From NCBI GenBank assembly GCA_947426525.1, contig CANEEJ010000006.1, forward strand, positions 1 to 46,848: 46,848 nt of DNA, in the 5' to 3' direction. Origin of the DNA: an uncultured Clostridium sp. (GTDB lineage Bacteria; Bacillota; Clostridia; TANB77; CAG-508). Position 1 is the first letter of the stretch. Each line of letters opens with the position of its first letter. The notes beneath the pieces are model-generated. The model saw only the letters and a program-made list of their open reading frames with translations, did no database searches and had not been told where the DNA came from. Both the position numbers and the translations under genes were made by a program. Of this stretch, positions 1 through 10,818 are shown piece by piece.

Positions 1-3000
1 ATGGAAAACAAAAAACAGATACGGTTATTGTAACTTATGTATATGAAGAAGGAAAAGACTTAACAAATGCAGAAATCAAAGTGAAAAATAAAATGCAGCT
101 TTATGACCAACAAGGAACAGCATTTGAAAAAGAAATAAGCACAAAAGTTGAAGAAGAAAAAGAAGAAATCATTGCTTATCATATTATAAATCAGGCAGAA
201 TTATATAAAGGAAGACTGTATGCAGATGAAGAACAAAGTTACAGAAGTATGAGTAAAATTGATATTCGTTATCCAAAAATTGAGGAAAAAATAAGTATTG
301 CAGAGGGAAATACTTATTATAATGATGGTTCCATAACCAATAGTGTTTACCAAAAAACTATGGTGGAAAAAGAAGAGTTACTACAGGTATTAGGAGAAAC
401 TGGCGAATTGGTGATTAAAAAGCCAGATGGAAGTGAAATTAAAAAGATTACAAAAGACACGGTACAAGAAGCAGAAAACATAGTAAGTATTGACTATGAA
501 GAAGGACAAAAAGAAATTGTAGTAGAAATAAATCGTGCAGAAAACACAGGGATTCTTAATTTAATGCATGAAAAAGCAATTTTGCCAGAATATAGAGCAA
601 GAAATGAAATAAAGGCGATATCAGAATTAACAATAGAAGGAACTTTACAACAAACAGATACAATTAGTACAAAACAAACAAAAGCTAATATACAATTACA
701 AGAAACACAAACTAAAACAGAAGCAGAAATTAGCAATAGTCAATTGATAGCAGGAAAAACCAATGAAAATATAGAAATCAAAACAACTTTAGTAACCAAT
801 GAGAGCAATTATGACTTATATAAAAATCCAACCATAGAAGTGGAATTTCCAGAAAAAGTGCAAGATGTTGCTATCAAAAATGTAAGTTTATTATATGGAG
901 AAGGATTAGCAAAAGAAAAAGAAGAAATTTACCAAAATGAAGCAGGAAGGAAAGTAGCTAAAATCCAATTAGTAGGAGAACAAACATCTCATGCAGAAAC
1001 AGAATTAGTAAAAGGAACCAATGTTATTTTAAATTGTGATGTAACAGTAGCTAATTTAGAAGAAAACGAAAGTCATCAAATTCAAGTAACTTGTACCAAT
1101 GACCAGGAAGTAGAATATGCTAATGAAGGAAAAAATGAGCTAGAAGTTAATTATGTTGTAACAGAAGAAATGAAACAACAAAATTATGAAACAGCAGTTA
1201 GACAAGCCAATGCAGAGACCACAGCAAGCGAACCAATTACTGTAACAAAGACAGTATCTGCTGGGGATAATCAAGATATCTATGAAGGACAAGTACAAAA
1301 ATACACCATTAAAATAAAAAATAATACGAACCAAACTTATCAAAACATTACTGTAAAAGATGAAATTCCTAATGAATTAGTTTATACCAAAGCGGTATGT
1401 GATGAAGGATTAAGAAATGGATATCGTGATGATGACAAAATAACAACAGTAGAATTACAAACACGCGAAATAGAAAAAGAGGAAGAACCAGAACAAACAA
1501 CAGAAAATATTAAAGAAGTAGAAGAAATTGATCCACAATTGTTTCAAACCTTGGAACCACATAAAGAAATAGAACTTTGCTATTTTGTAAGGGTAAAAAA
1601 AGCAGAGGAAAACATCGGGAAAAAGGTAGGAACCAAAGCACAAGTAATCTTACCAGGAGATGAAACAATTTACGAAACCAATTTAGTAGAAAACACCATA
1701 AGAGAAAGTAAATTGCAAATTGATATGGTAACAACAGCTGATGCGAGATACAAATATGGAAGTGCAAGTACCATTGCTTATATCATTAAAATTAAAAATA
1801 TAGCAAATGAAAAGATGACAAATTTAAAAGCTATTAACCAAATACCAGAAGGTATGGCTTATAAAAGAGCATCTGATATGATATATGATGAAGAAGAAAA
1901 ATGTTATATTATTAATGATACTAACACGCAAAAATTAGCTGACTATAATAGCAGTAGTAAAACAGTTACATGGAAGGTAGGAGATTTAGAACCACAACAA
2001 GAAGTAGCTATTTATCTTGCCCTTAGCTTAACTGGAACAGAAGCAACAACACAAAGCATAGCTAATAAAGTAACTGTACAAGCAGATAATGTACCACCAA
2101 CCACTTCAAATGAAGAAACAGTGAAACAGTCAGGTGTTGCAAAATGTACCATAACAAAAACAACAAATTTGTCAGATAAATATGTGTATGAAGGGGACAA
2201 ATTCGAATATTTAATAACCGTAAAAAATGTAGGAGAAGTCAAAATGTCAGCTACTATTTCAGATGAATTACCAGAAGGACTTATCCTAGACAAGATTATT
2301 AGCCAGATAGATGACGAAGAAGAAAAAGAGACTATTAGCAATGGGGTTAATATAGGATGTCTTTTAGAAGCAGGACAAACTATGAAAATTAGAATTTTGG
2401 TAGAAGCAGATAATTTACCAAGTGGAAAAAATGAATTAGAGATAAGAAATAAAGCTAAAATAGAAAATGCATTAGAAATATCAGAAACTTCTAATGAAGT
2501 TGTTAATATTATTCGAAAAAATCCTAACAAGCCAAGCGACGGAAATAATCCAGGCGAAAATCCAGGTGGTGGAGATGAAGACAATAAAAACGAAACATAT
2601 GGTATTTCTGGAATGGCGTGGATTGATGAAAATAAAAATGGAGCAAAAGATAATTTAGAAGGAAGTTTAACAGGAGTACCAGTTAAACTATATGATGTAA
2701 ATGGAAAAAATATAGCCAGTGCAACAACAGGAAATGATGGTAGTTATATTTTAAATAACCTTAATAAAGGAAATTATATTGTAGTATTTGAATACGATAA
2801 TCGTAATTATGCTTTAACAGAATACCGAAAAGCAGGGGTAACAGAAGAAAAAAATTCTAATGTAACCAATACACAAATAGAAGGAAAAATGGTAGCTGCT
2901 ACCGACCAAATAAAAATTACCAATCGTAATATCGAAAATATTAATATGGGTGTAGTACATAGTGATAAGTTTGACTTGCGATTAGATAAATCTATTAGCA

Positions 3001-3569
3001 GTATAACAGTACAAAGTGGAAAAGCAAGTAAAAAATATTCTTACAATGATGCTAATTTTGTAAAAGTAGAAGTTGATAGAAAAACAGTAAATCAAACAAC
3101 AGTTACCATAGAATATAAAATTAAGGTAACCAATGAGGGTGATTTACCTGGATATGCCAAAGAAATTGTTGATTATCTTCCAGCTGATTTACAATTTAAC
3201 ACACAATTAAACAAAGATTGGCAAAAACAAGAAAATCAATTGGTAAGTAAGACCTTAGCAGGAGAAATCATTAATCCAGGGGAAAGTAGAACATTAAATT
3301 TAATAGTTAGTAAAAAATTAACAGAGGATAACTTAGGAACGATAACTAACACAGCTGAAATTAGTGAAGACTACAATGAAAATTTAACAATTGATGTTGA
3401 CTCTACACCAGGTAATAAAAAAGCAGGAGAAGATGATATATCAACGGTTAGTGTTATTATAGGATTAAATACTGGTAGAATTATTTTATATATTTCTCTT
3501 GTTTTAACAACAATAGTGATATTAGCAACAGGAACCTACTTAATTAAGAAAAAGGTATTAGATACATAG
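1..3569 (+). CDS. Large cell-surface protein (DUF11-like repeats, SdrD B-like domain, C-terminal TM anchor), 5'-truncated by window edge
   Basis: Frame is open from nt 3 (GKQKTDTVIV...), so the 81 start is not the true start. Repeats of type 'YTIKIKN..VKDEIP', SdrD-B-like 'ISGMAWIDENKNG', C-terminal LNTG + hydrophobic helix + KKK. Confidence 0.85.
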   Translation, partial: GKQKTDTVIVTYVYEEGKDLTNAEIKVKNKMQLYDQQGTAFEKEISTKVEEEKEEIIAYHIINQAELYKGRLYADEEQSYRSMSKIDIRYPKIEEKISIAEGNTYYNDGSITNSVYQKTMVEKEELLQVLGETGELVIKKPDGSEIKKITKDTVQEAENIVSIDYEEGQKEIVVEINRAENTGILNLMHEKAILPEYRARNEIKAISELTIEGTLQQTDTISTKQTKANIQLQETQTKTEAEISNSQLIAGKTNENIEIKTTLVTNESNYDLYKNPTIEVEFPEKVQDVAIKNVSLLYGEGLAKEKEEIYQNEAGRKVAKIQLVGEQTSHAETELVKGTNVILNCDVTVANLEENESHQIQVTCTNDQEVEYANEGKNELEVNYVVTEEMKQQNYETAVRQANAETTASEPITVTKTVSAGDNQDIYEGQVQKYTIKIKNNTNQTYQNITVKDEIPNELVYTKAVCDEGLRNGYRDDDKITTVELQTREIEKEEEPEQTTENIKEVEEIDPQLFQTLEPHKEIELCYFVRVKKAEENIGKKVGTKAQVILPGDETIYETNLVENTIRESKLQIDMVTTADARYKYGSASTIAYIIKIKNIANEKMTNLKAINQIPEGMAYKRASDMIYDEEEKCYIINDTNTQKLADYNSSSKTVTWKVGDLEPQQEVAIYLALSLTGTEATTQSIANKVTVQADNVPPTTSNEETVKQSGVAKCTITKTTNLSDKYVYEGDKFEYLITVKNVGEVKMSATISDELPEGLILDKIISQIDDEEEKETISNGVNIGCLLEAGQTMKIRILVEADNLPSGKNELEIRNKAKIENALEISETSNEVVNIIRKNPNKPSDGNNPGENPGGGDEDNKNETYGISGMAWIDENKNGAKDNLEGSLTGVPVKLYDVNGKNIASATTGNDGSYILNNLNKGNYIVVFEYDNRNYALTEYRKAGVTEEKNSNVTNTQIEGKMVAATDQIKITNRNIENINMGVVHSDKFDLRLDKSISSITVQSGKASKKYSYNDANFVKVEVDRKTVNQTTVTIEYKIKVTNEGDLPGYAKEIVDYLPADLQFNTQLNKDWQKQENQLVSKTLAGEIINPGESRTLNLIVSKKLTEDNLGTITNTAEISEDYNENLTIDVDSTPGNKKAGEDDISTVSVIIGLNTGRIILYISLVLTTIVILATGTYLIKKKVLDT

Positions 3570-3583
3570 GAGGGAGGAAAAAA

Positions 3584-6500
3584 ATGAAACAAATGAATCG
3601 AATTAGTAAAAAAATATGTATGGCATTTATTTTCCTATGTATTTTAGGCACTTTTGTCTTGCCAAATCAATCTAGAGCAGCAGAAACATGGGCTAAGTCT
3701 GGTGTGAGGTTTGTAAGAGGTTCTTTCGAAAGTTTATATAACTGGACTACTAGAACGTCGATAAAGGGAGATTTGTTATTAGAGGGAAGTAAAAAGAATC
3801 CTCATAGAATGATTATTGATTATACAGATAAAAGTAAAAGAAAATTTTCTGAAAATCCAGAATTAGATTCAACCAAAGGATTACTTTGCCTACAACATAG
3901 AACCAAAAGTATTCCAGCTGCAAAGCATACGATTAGAAAAAATATAAGAATTGATGGAAAAACAAAAATTATTAATATTGATACAGGTGTATCAACAAGT
4001 ACAGATAGGGTGGCAGCATTAGTTGGTTATCTTCTTACAAGTACTTCTGAAACAGCAGGTACTGACGAAAGAAAAGATAATGGTACACAAGGAGCTTTAT
4101 GGCAGGCATCAGAAGAATATTATGGAGCTTTTGTTGGAAGTGAATCTTTAGACGATGAATTCTATTCTAAGATTGAGGATGCAGAAGGTGGAGTAGGAAA
4201 ATGGGCTAATATGAAAGTGGCATTGAATAAATACGATGAGGCAACAGATTATAGTAATATGGATATTCGAAATACAGCTTTTACGAATGCCAAATATTCA
4301 ACTTGGAAAAGTAGTGGGAATTACTATATTATAGGACCATTTAAAGCAACCTTTACGGACCATAAAGTAGGAGGAATTCGTTTTGCAGGAGAAACTAGTA
4401 CAGCATCAGGAGAAGTTGGTAGTACATTTGGAAATACCAAAGTAACATTTTGCGATATCAATGGAAATAAGATATCACCATTAAAAAGTGGTAGCAACTT
4501 TTATATTAAAGTACCAAAAAGTGCAGGTAATCCAGGAGGACAATTTGTACTTCGAACAAGAAGGCTAAATGTAAAAGCAGAATGGTGGGACATTAGGTAT
4601 AATACACAATCTCAAGACCATATGTATATTGGATTTGCTTATCGTGAGTACATACCAGAAAGTGCAACAGCTAATATAACACCACCAAGTTTAGATATTG
4701 TAAAAATAGATACAGATTCTAGACAACCGATAGCAGGAATGCAATTCCAAATAAAAAATGCAAGTGGACAATATTTAACATCCGCACCAACTAATGGTAT
4801 GGCTCAATTTGGGGAAGCAAAAGAACCATTAACACTTACAAGTGGTACAAATGGAGAAATTAAAATACCTGCCATTGAAACAGGAACGTATCAAATTATA
4901 GAAACATCAGTAGGGAAAAATTGGCAATACGAAGTGCCTGCTAATAATGTTACACCAGTAACAATAGAATCAACAGGTGCCAGTGTAGTGATAGAAAATA
5001 GAAGAGTGTATATGAACCTATCTGGTTATGTATGGGAAGACATTCCATGGGAAGATAAAGATAAAATTGAGCCTAATGGGTTATATAAGGTTGAAAATAG
5101 TAGAGATTTAAATGATAAATTACTAAAAAATGTAACAGTAAGATTGATGCAAAATGGAAGTCCAGTAGATTTTTACGATTTACAAGGAAATAAAATAAGA
5201 GAAGTACAAACAGATAGTGATGGTAAATATCTAATGCATAAAGTAAGAATTGACGATTTAGATAAAAATTACATTGAATTTACCTATAATGGAATGAGTT
5301 TTAGTAGTGTAAAGCCAACCTTAAATAATGAAGAAAAGGGAAGTAAAGCAGCAGAAGGAAGTAAGAGAGCAGAGTTTAATAGCAAATATGCAACGATTGT
5401 ACCAAACCAATCATTAGGAGAAAATGGACAAAGAGCTTATGGCATAAACTACCATCAAAGTGATTACCGAAGTGATTTGGACTTTGGACCAGGAGCTGTT
5501 GAGGGTTATGATAACCAAGGATTACCAATCAATAAAACTTATGAACAATATTTAATACAAGCCAATACTTTCAATGCTTATAATGGTTATTTGAAGGAAA
5601 TAAAAACACCAGAAGAGATTAGAGAAAAAGGAATTGACGAAATCGAAAATATCAATTTAGGAGTAGAAAGAAGAGAACAACCAGATCTATCTACCATCAA
5701 AGACATTCATTATGCTAGTGTCCATATTAATGGTGCAACTCATATTTATAATTATAGTGACAGATTTAAAAATGAATACTATGGAGAGGAAGAAAGTAAT
5801 GGACATAGTATGGAACCAAGAGTGAAGTTTGATGTAGGAAGTAAATATGGTTCAGTATCTTACACAAGAGAATTGTATCCATCTGATGTTTACTATAAAG
5901 ATCAGGATCCAAATCCAAAAAAAGAAGACCAATTACGAGTACAAGTAACCTATAAGATAGCTATCTTTAATGGTGCCAAAGGACTAGAGGGAAGAGAAAT
6001 AACCTCTATTGTAAATGAACTAGAAGATTATTATGATACTAAATATGAAGTAGATAAAGCAAAAATCAACATAGGAAAGAATTTTGATGCAAAAACGGGA
6101 GAGATTACCGAAAAATTAGATAGTGAAATAATAGATGAAACTGGAACAAATGACTATTTCAAACTAAAGATTAAAAACATGAACTTAAGTATAGAACAAG
6201 GACAAGAAAAATATGTTTATGTTCAGCTAGAAGTACAGCAAGATAAAATACATGAAATTGTAGAAGAAAACCAAGGAAAAAGCGAAGACCAAATGGTGAA
6301 ACTAGATAATGTTGTAGAAATAACATCTTATTCTACAAAAGACAGAAGCGGAAGCACTTATGCAGGAATTGACAAAGACTCTCAACCAGGAAACCTTAGA
6401 ATAGAAAATAAGACAACCTATGAAGATGATACCGATAAAGCACCAGGATTAAAACTAGTATTGCAACAAGAAAGAAGAACAGAAGGAATGGTATTCATGG

Positions 6501-8044
6501 ATGAGCCAGAAGGAGAAAACTTCAATTCGGATATTGTTAATACAGCTCAAATTCGTCAAGGAAATGGAAAATACAATCAAGGAGAAAAGGGAATTGATGG
6601 TGTTACAGTACAAATGATAAACTTAGCAACTGGAAAGACAGCTCAAATTTATAACAAAGATACACATGAATGGGAAAAAGCAGAAAAACAAACAAAAGAT
6701 GGAGGAAAGTATAATTTTGAAGGATTTATTCCAGAAAGATATAAAATTGTTTATACTTGGGGAGGAGACCACAAAGTAGGAGAACAAATCCAGAAAATTC
6801 GTGTGCAAGACTACAAAGCAACCATATACAATGACAAGGAAAGACAAGGAAATGAAGAATGGTATAAAATAAAAGAAGATGAAATGAATTCAGATGCTAT
6901 GGATGACTACATCTTAAGACAAGATATTGACAAACAGGCAAACCTTATGACGAATGCCAATAGACAAACCATAGAAAATTATCAGGGAACTTTAAAAGTA
7001 GGAAATGAAACACCAGAAATTATAAAACAAATGAATTCTCCTACACCAGACTTTAGAGTATTTGTAGAATATAGTGATGCCAGCCCAAGTGATGGAAATG
7101 AACCACATCAAGTCACTTTGAAAAACATTGATTTTGGAATTATTGAAAGAGCAAAACAAGCCCTAATCTTACAAAAAGAAATCAAGAGAGTAATCATTAA
7201 ATTAGCCAATGGAAATGTATTAATTGATGCACAAGTAGGAGAAGAAAATGGCAAGAAAAAATTAATAAATGATGTAAAACATACAATTTATATGCCAAAA
7301 ACAGAAATAAACAATGGAATTACAAAAACAAGACTAAGTACAGGACAATTAAAAGTGGAAATGGACAACGAAATATTACAAGGTTCCAGATTAGAAATTC
7401 AATATGACTTTAAGGTAGATAACATAAGTGAGTTAGACTATATCAATTCAGAATACTATCACTATGGAGACAAACAGGGATATCAAAGAAATAATAATGA
7501 ATTAGTCAAATTAAAATCAGATACCGTTATAGATTATTTAGATAATAAAGTATCTAATAATGCAGAAGAAGGTGGAACAAACAATTGGACATCTTATGGC
7601 AATGATGAAAAATTAAAATTAATAGAGGATGGATTATTATCTGAGAAGCTAGACAAAACAATCAAAACAACCAATACTATTATGCATACAGAGAAACTAG
7701 CAACAGACTTACAGCCAATAGGTACAACTAGTGTTACAACCACCATGACAACTTATAAAATCTTACCAAGTGTTTTACAAGATGAAGACTCAACTACAGA
7801 AAACGATGCAGAAATCATCCAAATAACCAAAAACGGAGGATCTACTATAACAACAACACCAGGAAACTATGAACCAAGTGAAAGCGTAAAAGAAGTAGAC
7901 GAAGCACAATCAGAAGAAGTAATCATCGTACCACCAACAGGTCTAACAACAGACTACATAGCTTACACACTAATTGCTATCAGCTCACTAGGAATACTAG
8001 TAGCCGGAATCATACTAATTAAAAAATTAGTAATGTCTCATTAG
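3584..8044 (+). CDS. Secreted/anchored surface protein with SpaA/SdrD-like domains
   Basis: RBS GGAGG, signal peptide (..SRA|AE), 'LDIVKIDTDSRQPIAGMQF' SpaA-like, 'LSGYVWED' SdrD-like, C-terminal VPPTG + TM + KK. Confidence 0.85.
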   Translation: MKQMNRISKKICMAFIFLCILGTFVLPNQSRAAETWAKSGVRFVRGSFESLYNWTTRTSIKGDLLLEGSKKNPHRMIIDYTDKSKRKFSENPELDSTKGLLCLQHRTKSIPAAKHTIRKNIRIDGKTKIINIDTGVSTSTDRVAALVGYLLTSTSETAGTDERKDNGTQGALWQASEEYYGAFVGSESLDDEFYSKIEDAEGGVGKWANMKVALNKYDEATDYSNMDIRNTAFTNAKYSTWKSSGNYYIIGPFKATFTDHKVGGIRFAGETSTASGEVGSTFGNTKVTFCDINGNKISPLKSGSNFYIKVPKSAGNPGGQFVLRTRRLNVKAEWWDIRYNTQSQDHMYIGFAYREYIPESATANITPPSLDIVKIDTDSRQPIAGMQFQIKNASGQYLTSAPTNGMAQFGEAKEPLTLTSGTNGEIKIPAIETGTYQIIETSVGKNWQYEVPANNVTPVTIESTGASVVIENRRVYMNLSGYVWEDIPWEDKDKIEPNGLYKVENSRDLNDKLLKNVTVRLMQNGSPVDFYDLQGNKIREVQTDSDGKYLMHKVRIDDLDKNYIEFTYNGMSFSSVKPTLNNEEKGSKAAEGSKRAEFNSKYATIVPNQSLGENGQRAYGINYHQSDYRSDLDFGPGAVEGYDNQGLPINKTYEQYLIQANTFNAYNGYLKEIKTPEEIREKGIDEIENINLGVERREQPDLSTIKDIHYASVHINGATHIYNYSDRFKNEYYGEEESNGHSMEPRVKFDVGSKYGSVSYTRELYPSDVYYKDQDPNPKKEDQLRVQVTYKIAIFNGAKGLEGREITSIVNELEDYYDTKYEVDKAKINIGKNFDAKTGEITEKLDSEIIDETGTNDYFKLKIKNMNLSIEQGQEKYVYVQLEVQQDKIHEIVEENQGKSEDQMVKLDNVVEITSYSTKDRSGSTYAGIDKDSQPGNLRIENKTTYEDDTDKAPGLKLVLQQERRTEGMVFMDEPEGENFNSDIVNTAQIRQGNGKYNQGEKGIDGVTVQMINLATGKTAQIYNKDTHEWEKAEKQTKDGGKYNFEGFIPERYKIVYTWGGDHKVGEQIQKIRVQDYKATIYNDKERQGNEEWYKIKEDEMNSDAMDDYILRQDIDKQANLMTNANRQTIENYQGTLKVGNETPEIIKQMNSPTPDFRVFVEYSDASPSDGNEPHQVTLKNIDFGIIERAKQALILQKEIKRVIIKLANGNVLIDAQVGEENGKKKLINDVKHTIYMPKTEINNGITKTRLSTGQLKVEMDNEILQGSRLEIQYDFKVDNISELDYINSEYYHYGDKQGYQRNNNELVKLKSDTVIDYLDNKVSNNAEEGGTNNWTSYGNDEKLKLIEDGLLSEKLDKTIKTTNTIMHTEKLATDLQPIGTTSVTTTMTTYKILPSVLQDEDSTTENDAEIIQITKNGGSTITTTPGNYEPSESVKEVDEAQSEEVIIVPPTGLTTDYIAYTLIAISSLGILVAGIILIKKLVMSH

Positions 8045-8088
8045 GGACGTTTCTCTTCCGACATAAATGTCGGATTTGGGACACATCT
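8044..8088. repeat. 45-bp GGGAC-containing intergenic element, copy 1
   Basis: 43/45 identical to the reverse complement of 46028-46072; internal palindrome TCCGACAT-AA-ATGTCGGA. Confidence 0.9.
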
Positions 8089-8090
8089 TT

Positions 8091-8131
8091 AGAAGGATTT
8101 TAAGGGACTTCCTTAAAGTCCTTCTTTTTTT
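8091..8131 (+). terminator. Intrinsic terminator after surface-protein operon
   Basis: AGAAGGATTTTAAGG / CCTTAAAGTCCTTCT stem followed by T-run. Confidence 0.75.
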
Positions 8132-8319
8132 CGTCTCTATCTTGCTTTTTTTGACATTCTGTAATAAAATAAAAACCACAAAAGAAAACAAGAAGAAGAA
8201 AAAACCAAAAAAAGAATAAAAAATGTAAAAAACTTTTTTAGAATTGTCTACTAAAAAAGACAAAAACCACAAAGGACAAGTAGTAAAATAAGCCTATAAA
8301 AGTTGAAGAGGTGGTAAGG

Positions 8320-10708
8320 ATGTTTCAAAATGTTATGGAAAAACAAGAAAACAAAATAAATATTTTTTCAAATGTATTTGCCATGAAAAATATGGTTATT
8401 TATATTATTTCACTTATGTTGTCCATGGTAGGACTAGGAGGAGAATTTTCAGTATTTAGCATTAGCATGTTAGGTGCTTGTTTTGCGTCTTCTGTACCAG
8501 CATTAGGTGTTATGGTGGCATGCTTAATAGGAAATGCTATAAAGTATGGGGTTGGAGGAGCATTAGGATATTTCTTAACAGCACTTGTGCTAGTAGTAGC
8601 TTTGTTTATCGTAAAACCAATTTATAATGAAAAAGAAAGAAACGAAAAAATAAAAATAGGAAAACATGTATTTTTTTCTATTTTAACCATTCAAATTATT
8701 AAATTAGCTATGGCAGGTTTTACCATTTATGATGTATTATCTGGTATTACAATTGCTATGATAGGATTGGTATTTTATAAAATATTTGTGAACTCAACAG
8801 TAGTATTACAAGACTTTTGGGAAAGACGAGCTTTTACCATTGAAGAATTAATTGGAGCCAGTCTAATTTTAGCAATAGCGGTGGCATCTTTTGGCGAGGT
8901 CTCTTTATTTGGATTTGGTATTAAAAACATAGCAAGTATTTTAATTGTTATGATATTAGGATGGAAAAATGGAATTTTAGTAGGAACAACAGCAGGAGTA
9001 ACGATACGGAGTGACATTAGGCGTAATAACTGGTTCCGAACCAATTATGATAGCAGCATATAGCATTTCTGGTATGTTAGCAGGAATTTTCAATCGATTT
9101 GGAAAAATAGGAGTGGTAGTAGGATTTGCGTTAGGAAATGTGTTATTAGCCTATGTATCCAATGGTTATACAGTAGAGTTAATTCACTTTAAAGAAATTT
9201 TAATTGCATTTATTGGATTATTAGCCGTGCCAAACAATATCCAGATTGAATTAGAAGAATTTATTGGAAATACGAAGCTTTTACCAGTAACGCCAGGGAA
9301 TGCATTAAATAGAAGTAAAGAAGTAGCAGAAAATTTAAATCATGTATCAGAAGCCATACAAGAAATGGCAACTACCTATCAATCATTAGAAAAAACATCT
9401 TATGCTACGAATAAACAGATTTTTATCACAGAATTATTAAATAATTTAGAGCCATACAAAGAAAACATGTTATATGATGATATGGCAGATACAGAAGGGG
9501 AAATTATAGACAAAATATTTGAATATTTAATAGATAAGCAAGAAATTGATAGACAAGCTTTATTAGAAATTTTTGCTAAATGCAATAGTTACATTATTGG
9601 ATTTGATGATAAAGAAATCAGTCAATATTTAGAAGAAAATATTGCCCAAATGCTTCGCATGATTAATGTTTCTTATAAAGTATCAAAAGTAGACTTTATT
9701 TGGAAAAAAAGAGTGGAAGAAAGCAAAAAAGCGATGGGAAAACAACTAGATAGTGTTTCAAAAGCGATTCAAAAAATGGCAAAAGGAATGGAAAGTGACA
9801 TTGAAAAAGAAGCACAATATGAAAAGCAAAAAGCAGAAATACTAGAATTATTAAAACAAAAAACAATAATGGTTCAGGACATTTCCATCAAAAAAGAAAG
9901 TAGATATCAAATAGAAGTATATGCTAATGAAATACTAGAAACCGCTAAAATTGAGACAATTGAAAAAATAGCAACACAAATATTAAAAGAAAAAATAGTA
10001 TTCCATGAAGAAGCAAGTGTAGGAAAGAAGCTAAGTTTTCTATCAGATGATAAATATGTCATGGCAATGGGAACAGCAGAAACGACCAAAAATAAAAGTG
10101 AACTTTCTGGAGATGCTATGCTAAATATTAGATTAAAAGATGGAAAATATTTAGTAGCTATTAGTGATGGAATGGGAACAGGAATAAAAGCAAGACAAAG
10201 CAGTACACAATCTTTGAGAATGCTAGAAAATCTATTACTATCTGGTTTTGATAAAAATATATCATTGGACTTAATTAATACTTCGCTAATCAATCAAAAC
10301 ACAGAAATATTTGCAACATTAGATATTGCTATTGTTGACTTATACGAAGGAAACATAGAATTTATCAAAAGTGGAGCTTGTCCAACTTATATTAAAAACA
10401 ACAAAAAAGTACAAATGATACAATCTAATTCTTTACCAACAGGGATGATAGAAGGTGGTCAAATTCAAACATTTGATAAAGATATCAATGATGGTGATAT
10501 TTTAGTGATGTGCTCAGATGGAATTTTAGATGCTAACATCGAATATAAAAACAAAGAATTATGGATTAAATATATGTTAGAAGATATTGAGACAACTAAT
10601 ACGAAGAAAATAGCAGATTTGATTTTAAATGAAGCAATTGATAATACTTTTGGTAATATTAAAGATGATATGACTATTATGGTATGTAAATTTAAGAAGA
10701 GAGATTAG
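8320..10708 (+). CDS. spoIIE: Stage II sporulation protein E (membrane PP2C phosphatase), ~795 aa, needs +1 frameshift at CGG 9007-9009
   Basis: Multi-TM N-terminus (ORF 8311..9063) joined to ORF 9011..10708 with PP2C motifs SGD, ISDGMGTG, FATLD, KSGACP, SDG, DDMT. Junction GTTAGVTI-G-VTLGVI is restored by skipping C9007. ATG 8320 follows GAGGTGG. Confidence 0.9.
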
Positions 10709-10732
10709 GGAGAATTCTTTAATCTCTCTTTT
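10697..10732 (+). terminator. Intrinsic terminator after spoIIE
   Basis: AAGAGAGATTA / TAATCTCTCTT stem plus T-run. Confidence 0.75.
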
Positions 10733-10763
10733 AAAAGTAATAACAAAATTTAAAACTCGTGTA

Positions 10764-10792
10764 TTGAAACTAAGCACAATTTATGATATAGT
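10764..10792 (+). promoter_or_regulatory. SigA-type promoter
   Basis: TTGAAA-17bp-TATAGT with TG extended -10, upstream of AAGGAGG RBS. Confidence 0.65.
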
Positions 10793-10818
10793 ATAAATGT
10801 CAAAAAGGAGGCAAAACA

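Noticed and set aside
8140-8310. Spo0A boxes upstream of spoIIE
   Set aside because: Only weak partial matches to TGNCGAA.
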